Shown: one piece after another, positions 52,601-64,000 of the stretch
Position numbering within the stretch: the stretch's first letter is position 1
Layout of the letters: every line of letters starts with the position of its first letter
NCBI GenBank assembly: GCA_027923505.1
Contig: BROI01000030.1
Location: 1 to 64,000, forward strand
Origin: Mayamaea pseudoterrestris
Lineage: Eukaryota
Reading direction: 5' to 3'
DNA: 64,000 nucleotides
Notes under the pieces: generated by a model
Database searches by the model: none
The model's input: only the letters and a program-made list of their open reading frames with translations
What the model was told of the DNA's origin: nothing
Made by a program: the position numbers and the translations under genes

Positions 52601-53411
52601 AGGCTGAGACTGGTGACAAGTTGTCACCAATATCATTGCTGTCCCCGGAGACACTAGCCAGGCATACCATCTTGTAGCGCAGCCTGAATAATGATGTTGG
52701 CACCATTCTGGTGTATTTTGGGTATCTACAGGGCTTGCTGTAGGGGCGTTTGAATGTCACGGCATCTGCAGGCTGAGACTGGTGACAAGTTGTCACCAAT
52801 ATCATTGCTGTCCCCTGAGACACTAGCCAGGCATACCATCTTGTAGCGCAGCCTGAATAATGATGTTGGCACCATTCTGATGTCATTTGGGTGTATTAAA
52901 TGCCTGCTGTAGGGGCGTTTGAATGTCACGGCATCTGCAGGCTGAGACTGGTGACAAGTTGTCACCAATATCATTGCCGTCTCCTGAGACACCAGCCAAG
53001 CCTACCATCTTGTAGCGCAGCTTGAATAATAATGTTGGCACCAGTCTGGTGTAATTTGGGCACCTACAGGGCTTGCTGTAGGTGCGTTTAATGTCACGAC
53101 ATCTGCGGGCTGAGACTGGTGACAAGTTGTCACCAAATACATTGCCATGCCCTGAGACACCAGTCAAGCAAACCAACTTGTAGCGCAGCCACAATAATAA
53201 TGGTGGCACCATTCGGGTGTATTTTGGGCACCTACAGGGCTTCCTGTAGGGGCGTTTGAATGTCACGTCATCTGCGGGCTGAGACTGGTGACAAGTTGTC
53301 ACCAAATACATTGCCATGCCCTGAGACACCAGCCTAGCCTACCATCTTGTAGCGCAGCCTGAATAATGATGTTAGCACCATTCTGGTGTCATTTGGGTAT
53401 ATACATGGCCT
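34650..53411. repeat. Satellite B array 2 (169-bp monomer, ~110 copies); heavily degenerate at ~41500-46620
   Basis: Same unit and orientation as array 1. Near-perfect copies at 48300-52600; ends at ...atacatggcct. Confidence 0.97.
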
Positions 53412-53429
53412 AGTTAGGGTTAGGGTTAG
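53412..53429 (+). repeat. Interstitial telomere-type repeat ag(TTAGGG)2TTAG at the B-to-A junction
   Basis: Sequence reads catggcct|agttagggttagggttag|tgggttgttgggtgatc. The insert belongs to neither satellite. Confidence 0.8.
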
Positions 53430-56400
53430 TGGGTTGTTGGGTGATCAGGGGACGGGACATTGTAGTGGTATGATTCCATAATTTGGGGTGTTGGCCACAC
53501 CCGTTTTGCAGATGGTGTAGGCCTTCCAGGCAGTCCGTTTTGCACCATTTCAGCCCATCCTCATGTCAATGGCACACCCTGGACATGTTTTGCCTGACTC
53601 ATTGGGTTGTTGGGTGGCCAGGGCATGGGGCATTGTAGTGGTATGATTCCATAATTTGGGGTGTTGGCCACACCCATCTTGTAGACCATTCCATGCTGTA
53701 GGCCTCCAGGCAGTCCGTTTTGTACCATGTCAGACCATCCTCATGTCAATGGCACACCCTGGACATGTTTTGCATGACTCATTGGGTTGTTGGGTGATCA
53801 GGGGACGGGGCATTGTAGTGGTATGATTCCATAATTTGGGGTGTTGGCCACACCCATTTTGCAGATGGTGTAGGCCTCCAGGCAGTCCGTTTTGCACCAT
53901 TTCAGCCCATCCTCATGTCAATGGCACACCCTGGACATGTTTTGCCTGACTCATTGGGTTGTTGGGTGGCCAGGGCATGGGGCATTGTAGTGGTATGATT
54001 CCATAATTTGGGGTGTTGGCCACACCCATCTTGTAGACCATTCCATGCTGTAGGCCTCCAGGCAGTCCGTTTTGTACCATGTCAGACCATCCTCATGTCA
54101 ATGGCACACCCTGGACATGTTTTGCATGACTCATTGGGTTGTTGGGTGATCAGGGACGGGGCATTGTAGTGGTATGATTCCATAATTTGGGGTGTTGGCC
54201 ACACCCATTTTGCAGATGGTGTAGGCCTCCAGGCAGTCCGTTTTGCACCATTTCAGCCCATCCTCATGTCAATGGCACACCCTGGACATGTTTTGCCTGA
54301 CTCATTGGGTTGTTGGGTGGCCAGGGCATGGGGCATTGTAGTGGTATGATTCCATAATTTGGGGTGTTGGCCACACCCATCTTGTAGACCATTCCATGCT
54401 GTAGGCCTCCAGGCAGTCCGTTTTGTACCATGTCAGACCATCCTCATGTCAATGGCACACCCTGGACATGTTTTGCATGACTCATTGGGTTGTTGGGTGA
54501 TCAGGGGACGGGGCATTGTAGTGGTATGATTCCATAATTTGGGGTGTTGGCCACACCCATTTTGCAGATGGTGTAGGCCTCCAGGCAGTCCGTTTTGCAC
54601 CATTTCAGCCCATCCTCATGTCAATGGCACACCCTGGACATGTTTTGCCTGACTCATTGGGTTGTTGGGTGGCCAGGGCATGGGGCATTGTAGTGGTATG
54701 ATTCCATAATTTGGGGTGTTGGCCACACCCATCTTGTAGACCATTCCATGCTGTAGGCCTCCAGGCAGTCCGTTTTGTACCATGTCAGACCATCCTCATG
54801 TCAATGGCACACCCTGGACATGTTTTGCATGACTCATTGGGTTGTTGGGTGATCAGGGGATGGGGCATTGTAGTGGTATGATTCCATAATTTGGGGTGTT
54901 GGCCACACCCATTTTGCAGATGGTGTAGGCCTCCAGGCAGTCCGTTTTGCACCATTTCAGCCCATCCTCATGTCAATGGCACACCCTGGACATGTTTTGC
55001 CTGACTCATTGGGTTGTTGGGTGGCCAGGGCATGGGGCATTGTAGTGGTATGATTCCATAATTTGGGGTGTTGGCCACACCCATCTTGTAGACCATTCCA
55101 TGCTGTAGGCCTCCAGGCAGTCCGTTTTGTACCATGTCAGACCATCCTCATGTCAATGGCACACCCTGGACATGTTTTGCATGACTCATTGGGTTGTTGG
55201 GTGATCAGGGCATGGGGCATTGTAGTGGTATGATTCCATAATTTGGGGTGTTGGCCACACCCATTTTGCAGATGGTGTAGGCCTCCAGGCAGTCCGTTTT
55301 GCACCATTTCAGACCATCCTCATGTCAATGGCACACCCTGGACATGTTTTGCCTGACTCATTGGGTTGTTGGGTGGCCAGGGCATGGGGCATTGTAGTGG
55401 TATGATTCCATAATTTGGGGTGTTGGCCACACCCATCTTGTAGACCATTCCATGCTGTAGGCCTCCAGGCAGTCCGTTTTGTACCATGTCAGACCATCCT
55501 CATGTCAATGGCACACCCTGGACATGTTTTGCATGACTCATTGGGTTGTTGGGTGATCAGGGACGGGGCATTGTAGTGGTATGATTCCATAATTTGGGGT
55601 GTTGGCCACACCCATTTTGCAGATGGTGTAGGCCTCCAGGCAGTCCGTTTTGCACCATTTCAGCCCATCCTCATGTCAATGGCACACCCTGGACATGTTT
55701 TGCCTGACTCATTGGGTTGTTGGGTGGCCAGGGCATGGGGCATTGTAGTGGTATGATTCCATAATTTGGGGTGTTGGCCACACCCATCTTGTAGACCATT
55801 CCATGCTGTAGGCCTCCAGGCAGTCCGTTTTGTACCATGTCAGACCATCCTCATGTCAATGGCACACCCTGGACATGTTTTGCATGACTCATTGGGTTGT
55901 TGGGTGATCAGGGGACGGGGCATTGTAGTGGTATGATTCCATAATTTGGGGTGTTGGCCACACCCATTTTGCAGATGGTGTAGGCCTCCAGGCAGTCCGT
56001 TTTGCACCATTTCAGCCCATCCTCATGTCAATGGCACACCCTGGACATGTTTTGCCTGACTCATTGGGTTGTTGGGTGGCCAGGGCATGGGGCATTGTAG
56101 TGGTATGATTCCATAATTTGGGGTGTTGGCCACACCCATCTTGTAGACCATTCCATGCTGTAGGCCTCCAGGCAGTCCGTTTTGTACCATGTCAGACCAT
56201 CCTCATGTCAATGGCACACCCTGGACATGTTTTGCATGACTCATTGGGTTGTTGGGTGATCAGGGGACGGGGCATTGTAGTGGTATGATTCCATAATTTG
56301 GGGTGTTGGCCACACCCATTTTGCAGATGGTGTAGGCCTCCAGGCAGTCCGTTTTGCACCATTTCAGCCCATCCTCATGTCAATGGCACACCCTGGACAT

Positions 56401-59400
56401 GTTTTGCCTGACTCATTGGGTTGTTGGGTGGCCAGGGCATGGGGCATTGTAGTGGTATGATTCCATAATTTGGGGTGTTGGCCACACCCATCTTGTAGAC
56501 CATTCCATGCTGTAGGCCTCCAGGCAGTCCGTTTTGTACCATGTCAGACCATCCTCATGTCAATGGCACACCCTGGACATGTTTTGCATGACTCATTGGG
56601 TTGTTGGGTGATCAGGGGACGGGGCATTGTAGTGGTATGATTCCATAATTTGGGGTGTTGGCCACACCCATTTTGCAGATGGTGTAGGCCTCCAGGCAGT
56701 CCGTTTTGCACCATTTCAGCCCATCCTCATGTCAATGGCACACCCTGGACATGTTTTGCCTGACTCATTGGGTTGTTGGGTGGCCAGGGCATGGGGCATT
56801 GTAGTGGTATGATTCCATAATTTGGGGTGTTGGCCACACCCATCTTGTAGACCATTCCATGCTGTAGGCCTCCAGGCAGTCCGTTTTGTACCATGTCAGA
56901 CCATCCTCATGTCAATGGCACACCCTGGACATGTTTTGCATGACTCATTGGGTTGTTGGGTGATCAGGGACGGGGCATTGTAGTGGTATGATTCCATAAT
57001 TTGGGGTGTTGGCCACACCCATTTTGCAGATGGTGTAGGCCTCCAGGCAGTCCGTTTTGCACCATTTCAGCCCATCCTCATGTCAATGGCACACCCTGGA
57101 CATGTTTTGCCTGACTCATTGGGTTGTTGGGTGGCCAGGGCATGGGGCATTGTAGTGGTATGATTCCATAATTTGGGGTGTTGGCCACACCCATCTTGTA
57201 GACCATTCCATGCTGTAGGCCTCCAGGCAGTCCGTTTTGTACCATGTCAGACCATCCTCATGTCAATGGCACACCCTGGACATGTTTTGCATGACTCATT
57301 GGGTTGTTGGGTGATCAGGGGACGGGGCATTGTAGTGGTATGATTCCATAATTTGGGGTGTTGGCCACACCCATTTTGCAGATGGTGTAGGCCTCCAGGC
57401 AGTCCGTTTTGCACCATTTCAGCCCATCCTCATGTCAATGGCACACCCTGGACATGTTTTGCCTGACTCATTGGGTTGTTGGGTGGCCAGGGCATGGGGC
57501 ATTGTAGTGGTATGATTCCAAATTGTGTTGCGGCCACACCCATCCTGCAGACCATTCCATCAGGCCTCCAGGCAGTCCGTTTTGCACCATGCCGACCATC
57601 CTCATGTTGCCACCTGGACTGATGGTTTGCCTGGCTCTTGGGTGATCAGGGCGGATGGTAATGATATCCATAATTTGGGGTGTCACCATTTGCACCCATT
57701 GCAGATGGTGGCCTCCAGGCAGTCCGTTTGGCACCATTTCAGCCCATCATATGTCAATGGCACACCCTGGACATGTTTTGCCTGACTCATTGGGTTGTTG
57801 GGAGGCCAGAGCAGGGGGCATTGTAGTGGTATGATTCCATAATTTGGGGTGTCGGCCACACCCATCTTGTAGACCATTCATGCTGTAGGCCTCCAGGCAG
57901 TCCGTTTTGTACCATGTCAGACCATCCTCATGTCAATGGCACACCCTGGACATGTTTTGCATTACTCATTGGGTTGTTGGGTGATCGGGACGGGGCATTG
58001 TAGTGGTATGATTCCATAATTGGGGTGTTGGCCACCCATTTTTGCGAATGTTAGGCCTAGGCAGTCCGTTTTGCCATTCAGCCCATCCTCATGTCAATGG
58101 CCCCCCTGGACATGTTTTGCCTGACTCATGGTGTTGGGTAGCCAGGCAGAGGCATTGTAATGTTGCATAATTTGGGGTGTTGGCCACACACCCATCTTAT
58201 TCCATTTTCGAGGCCTCCTCCGTTTTGTTGTCAGCATGTAGGCCACCCTGGACATGTTTTGCCTTGGGTTTTGGGTGATCGGGGGCCCGGGGGCATTGTG
58301 TGGTATGATTCATAATTTGCGGTTTGGCCACACCCATTTTGCAGATGTGTAGGCCCCCGCAGTCCGTTTCACCATTTCAGCCTCCTCTATGGCACACCCA
58401 CGGACATGTTTTGCCTGACATTGGGTTGGGTGGCCAGGGCATGGGGCATTTAGTGGTATGATTCCATAATTTGGGGTGTTGGCCACACCCATCTTGTGAA
58501 CCATTCCATGTAGGCCTCCAGGCAGTCCGTTTTGTGCCATGCAGCCATCCTCATGTCAAGGCACCCTGACATGTTTGCATGATTGGGTTGTTGGGTGATC
58601 GACGGGGCATTGTAGGGTATGATTCCATGAATTTGTTGCGGTGTTGGCCACACCCATGAGCGATCAACCTCTTCGCTGCCCAGCGTAGCAAACAAACAAA
58701 CTCAATTGATTGTGAATAGTGCATGTTACTTGCTACTCTACTTGGCGCTTCTTCTCTGCTCTCACTGGGTTCACGGTCGAGGTTCCTGCCTCGAGCCAGC
58801 GATTTCACTCATGTATGTGAGGATGGGTCACAAGTGTGACTTAGGCTCCTAGGCAGTTGTACTGTCAGACCATTGTCAATGGCACACCGAATGTTTTGCA
58901 TGATCATTGGGAGGGTGATCGGGGACGGGATTGTAGTGGATGATTCCATATCTTATGTGTGGACCATTTTGCAGATGGTGTAGGCCTCTCAGGCAGACCG
59001 TTTTGCACCATTTCAGCCCATTAGGCACACCGAATGTTTTGCTGACTGGGTTGTTGGGCCAGGGCATGGGGCATTGTAGCGTATGATCTCCATAATTTGG
59101 GGTGTTGGCCACACCCATCTTGTAGACCATTCCAGCGTTGTAGGCTCAGGAGTCGTTTTGTACCATGTCAGACACTCATGTCAATGGATGGAATTTTTAT
59201 GATCATTGGGTTGTTGGGTGAGGGACGGGGATTAGTGGTATGATTCCTGTGGTGTTGGCTACACCCATTTTGCAGATGGTGTGGTGGCTCAGGCAGTCCG
59301 CTTTTGCACCATTTCAGCCATCCTCATGTCAATGGTACACCCTGGACATGTTTTGCCTGACTCATTGGGTTGTTGGGGTGGCCAGGCATGGGGCATTGTA

Positions 59401-62400
59401 GTGGTATGATTCCATAATTTGTGTTGGCCACACCCATCTTGTAGACCATTCCATGCTGTAGGCCTCCAGGCAGTCCGCTTGTACCATGTCAGACCATCCA
59501 AGAGGTCAATGGCACACCCTGGACATGTTTGCATGACTCATTGGGTTGTTAAGTGATCAGGGGACGGGGATTGTAGTGGTATAATTCCATAATTTGGGGG
59601 TGTTGGCTACACCCATTTTGCAGATGGTGTAGGCCTCCAGGCAGTCCGCTTTTGCACCATTTCAGCCTCCTCATGTCAATGGACACATGTTTTGCCTGAC
59701 TCCATTAAGGGTTGTTGGGCCAGGCATAAAGATTGTGGTGGTTGTCAATTGGGGTGTTGGCCACACCCATTGTAGACCAATTCATGTGTAGGGCCTCAGG
59801 CAGTCTCCTGTTTTGTACCATGTCAGACCATTGTCTGAACCTGATGTTTTGCATGACTCATTGGGTTGTTGGGTGATCAGGGGACGGGCATTGTAGTGGT
59901 TATCCATATTCGGGTGTTGGCCACACCCATTTTGCAGATGGTAGGCCTCCAGGCAGTCCGCTTTGCACCATTTCAGCCCATCCTCATGTCAATGGCACAC
60001 CCTTGACATGTTTTGCCTGACTCATTGGGTTGTTGGGTGGCCAGGGCATGGGGCATTGTGTGGTATGATTCTCTATTTGGGGTGTTGGCGCGCACCATCT
60101 TGTGACGGTGTAGGCCTCCAGGCAGTCCGTTTTGTACCATGTCAGACCATCCTCATGTCAATGGCACACCCTGGACATGTTTTGCATGACTCATTGGGTT
60201 GTTGGGTGATCAGGGGACGGGGCATTGTAGTGGTATGATTCCATAATTTGCGGTGTTGGCCACACCCATTTTGCAGATGGTGTAGGCCTCCAGGCAGTCC
60301 GTTTTGCACCATTTCAGCCCATCCTCATGTCAATGGCACACCCTGGACATGTTTTGCCTGACTCTGGGGTTGTTGGGTGACCAGGGCATGGGGCATTGTG
60401 GTGGTATGATCCAAAATTTGGGGTGTTGGCCACACCCATCTTGTAGACCATTCCATGCTGTAGGCCTCCAGGCAGTCCGTTTGTACCATGTCAGACCATC
60501 CTCATGTCAATGGCACACCCTGGACATGTTTTGCATGACTCATTGGGTGGGTGGGTGATCAGGGGACGGGGCATTGTAGTGGTATGATTCCATTATTTGC
60601 GGTGTTGGCCACACCCATTTTGCAGATGGTGTAGGCCTCCAGGCAGTCCGTTTTGCACCATTTCAGCCCATCCTCATGTCAATGGCACACCCCGGACATG
60701 TTTTGCCTGACTCATTGGGTTGTTGGGTGGCCAGGGCATGGGGCATTGTAGTGGTATGATTCCATAATTTGGGGTGTTGGCCACACCCATCTTGTAGACC
60801 ATTCCATGCTGTAGGCCTCCAGGCAGTCCGTTTTGTACCATGTCAGACCATCCTCATGTCAATGGCACACCCTGGACATGTTTTGCATGACTCATTGGGT
60901 TGTTGGGTGATCAGGGTGTTGGCCACACCCATTATTTCAGATGGTGTAGGCCTCCAGGCAGTCCGTTTTGCACCATTTCAGCCCATCCTCATGTCAATGG
61001 CACACCCTGGACATGTTTTGTCTGACTCATTGGGTTGTTGGGTGGCCAGGGCATGGGGCATTGTAGTGGTATGATTCCATAATTTGGGGTGTTGGCCACA
61101 CCCATCTTGTAGACCATTCCATGGTGTAGGCCTCCAGGCAGTCCGTTTTGTACCATGTCAGACCATCCTCATGTCAATGGCACACCCTGGACATGTTTTG
61201 CATGACTCATTGGGTTGTTGGGTGATCAGGGGACGGGGCATTGTAGTGGTATGATTCCATAATTTGGGGTGTTGGCAACACCCATGGTGTAGGCCTCCAG
61301 GCAGTCCGTTTTGCACCATTTCAGCCCACCCTTATGTCAATGGCACACCCTGGACATGTTTTGCCTGACTCATTGGGTTGTTGGGTGGCCAGGGCATGGG
61401 GCATTGTAGTGGTATGATTCCATAATTTGGGGTGTTGGCCACACCCATCTTGTAGACCATTCCTGGTGGTGGGCTTCAGGCAGTCCGTTTTGTACCATGT
61501 CAGACCATCCTCATGTCAATGGCACACCCTGGACATGTTTTGCATGACTCATTGGGTTGTTGGGTGATCAGGGACGGGGCATTGGGTGGTTGATCCCATA
61601 ATTTGTGGTGTTGGCCACACCCATTTTGCAGATGGTGTAGGCCTCCAGGCAGTCCGTTTTGCACCATTTCAGCCCATCCTCATGTCAATGGCACACCCTG
61701 GACATGTTTTGCCTGACTCATTGGGTTGTTGGGGGGCCAGGGCATGGGGCATTGTAGTGATATGATTCCATAATTGGGGGTGTTGGCCACACCCATCTTG
61801 TAGACCATTCCATGCTGTAGGCCTCCAGGCAGTCCGTTTTGTACCATGTCAGACCATCCTCATGTCAATGGCACACCCTGGACATGTTTTGCATGACTCA
61901 TTGGGTTGTTGGGTGATCAGGGGACGGGGCATTGTAGGGTTATGATTCCATATATTTGTGGTGTTGGCCACACCCATTTTGCAGATGGTGTAGGCCTCCA
62001 GGCAGTCCGTTTTGCACCATTTCAGCCCATCCTCATGTCAATGGCACACCCTGGACATGTTTTGCCTGACTCATTGGGTTGTTGGGTGGCCAGGGCATGG
62101 GGCATTGTAGTGGTATGATTCCATAATTTGGGGTGTTGGCCACACCCATCTTGTAGACCACCATGCTGTAGGCCTCCAGGCAGTCCGTTTTGTACCATGT
62201 CAGACCATCCTCATGTCAATGGCACACCCTGGACATGTTTTGCATGACTCATTGGGTTGTTGGGTGATCAGGGGACGGGGCATTGTAGTGGTATGATTCC
62301 ATAATTTGGGGTGTTGGCCACACCCATTTCGCAGAGGTGTAGGCCTCCAGGCAGTCCGTTTTGCACCATTTCAGCCCATCCTCATGTCAATGGCACACCC

Positions 62401-64000
62401 TGACATGTTTTGCCTGACTCATTGGGTTGTTGGGTGGCCAGGGCATGGGGCATTGTAGTGGTATGATTCCATAATTTGGGGTGTTGGCCACACCCATCTT
62501 GTAGACCATTCCATGCTGTAGGCCTCCAGGCAGTCCGTTTTGACCATGTCAGACCACCTCGTCAATGGCACACCCTGGACATGTTTTGCATGACTCATTG
62601 GGTTGTTGGGTGATCAGGGACGGAGGTATGTAGTGGTATGATCCAAATTTGGGGGGCGGCCACCCATTTTGCAGATGGTGTAGGCCTCCAGGCAGTCCGT
62701 TTTGCACCATTTCAGCCCAACCTCATGTCATGGCACACCCTGGACATGTTTTGCCTGACTCATTGGGTTGTTGGGTAGGCGGCGGGGGCGGTGGTCAGGT
62801 CCCTACTCGTGGGGTGTTGGCCACCCCATCTTGTAGACCATTCCATGCTGTAGGCCTCCAGGCAGTCCGTTTTGTACCATGTCAGACCATCCTCATGTCA
62901 ATGGCACACACTGACATGTTTTGCAGATCATTGGGTGTGTTGGGGATCAGGGACGGGGCATTGTAGTGGTATGATTCCATAATTTGCGATGTTGGCCACA
63001 CCCATTTTGCAGATGGTGTAGCCTCCAGGCAGTCCGTTTTGCACCATTTCAGCCCATCCTCATGTCAATGGCACACCCTGGACATGTTTTGCCTGACTCA
63101 TTGGGTTGTTGGGTGGCCAGGGCATGGGGCATTGTAGTGGTATGATTCCATAATTTGGGGTGTTGGCCACACCCATCTTGTAGACCATTCCATGCTGTAG
63201 GCCTCCAGGCAGTCCGTTTTGTACCATGTCAGACCATCCTCATGTCAATGGCACACCCTGGACATGTTTTGCATGACTCATTGGGTTGTTGGGTGATCAG
63301 GGGACGGGGCATTGTAGTGGTATGATTCCATAATTTGGGGTGTTGGCCACACCCATTTTGCAGATGGTGTAGGCCTCCAGGCAGTCCGTTTTGCACCATT
63401 TCAGCCCATCCTCATGTCAATGGCACACCCTGGACATGTTTTGCCTGACTCATTGGGTTGTTGGGTGGCCAGGGCATTTTGGGGTGTTGGCCACACCCAT
63501 CTTGTAGACCATTCCATGCTGTAGGCCTCCAGGCAGTCCGTTTTGTACCATGTCAGACCATCCTCATGTCAATGGCACACCCTGAATTTGGCAGACTCAT
63601 TGGGTTGTTGGGTGATCAAGGGACGGGGCATTGTAGTGGTATGATTCCATAATTTGCGGTGTTGGCCACACCCATTTTGCAGATGGTGTAGGCCTCCAGG
63701 CAGTCCGTTTTGCACCATTTCAGCCCATCCTCATGTCAATGGCACACCCTGGACATGTTTTGCCTGACTCATTGGGTTGTTGGGTGGCCAGGGCATGGGG
63801 CATTGTAGTGGTATGATTCCATAATTTGGGGTGTTGGCCACACCCATCTTGTAGACCATTCCATGCTGTAGGCCTCCAGGCAGTCCGTTTTGTACCATGT
63901 CAGACCATCCTCATGTCAATGGCACACCCTGACATGTTCTGCGTGACTCATTGGGTTGTTGGGTGGCCAGGGACGGGGCATTGTAGTGGTATGATTCCAT
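53430..64000. repeat. Satellite A array 3 (~30 dimers), running off the window end; noisy at ~57500-60100
   Basis: Near-perfect 352-bp dimers at 53430-57500. Confidence 0.98.
58658..58841. other. ~185-bp non-satellite island of unknown origin inside satellite A
   Basis: No match to A, B or the LINE by eye. It replaces about 20 bp of one monomer and has no visible TSD. Confidence 0.6.

Noticed and set aside
19197..53411. Dozens of ~113-aa ORFs (MTPEWCQHHYSGCATRW...)
   Set aside because: They are translations of a 169-bp tandem unit (not a multiple of 3) cycling through frames, with no sign of coding constraint.

Overview
Eukaryotic satellite-DNA region, probably centromeric or heterochromatic. 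About 88% of the window is two tandem repeats in alternating blocks (A-B-A-B-A). Satellite A is a 352-bp dimer of 172-bp and 180-bp monomers; satellite B is a 169-bp monomer. The only genic sequence is a ~7.3-kb two-ORF non-LTR retrotransposon on the minus strand (9510-16848), inserted in satellite A. It has a 16-bp target-site duplication, a (TTA)n tail and a 3' hairpin. Its ORF2 has the order APE remnant - RT - RNase H - CCHC finger, which resembles the Ambal clade. ORF2 appears to have lost most of its endonuclease by an in-frame deletion and has a frameshift near the C-terminus. Two stretches in its ORF1/5' region are mosaics with the local satellites. One B-to-A junction is filled by TTAGGG telomeric repeats, and the A-to-B junction occurs twice almost identically. 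Several noisy segments look like low-quality consensus. The many short ORFs in the satellites are spurious.
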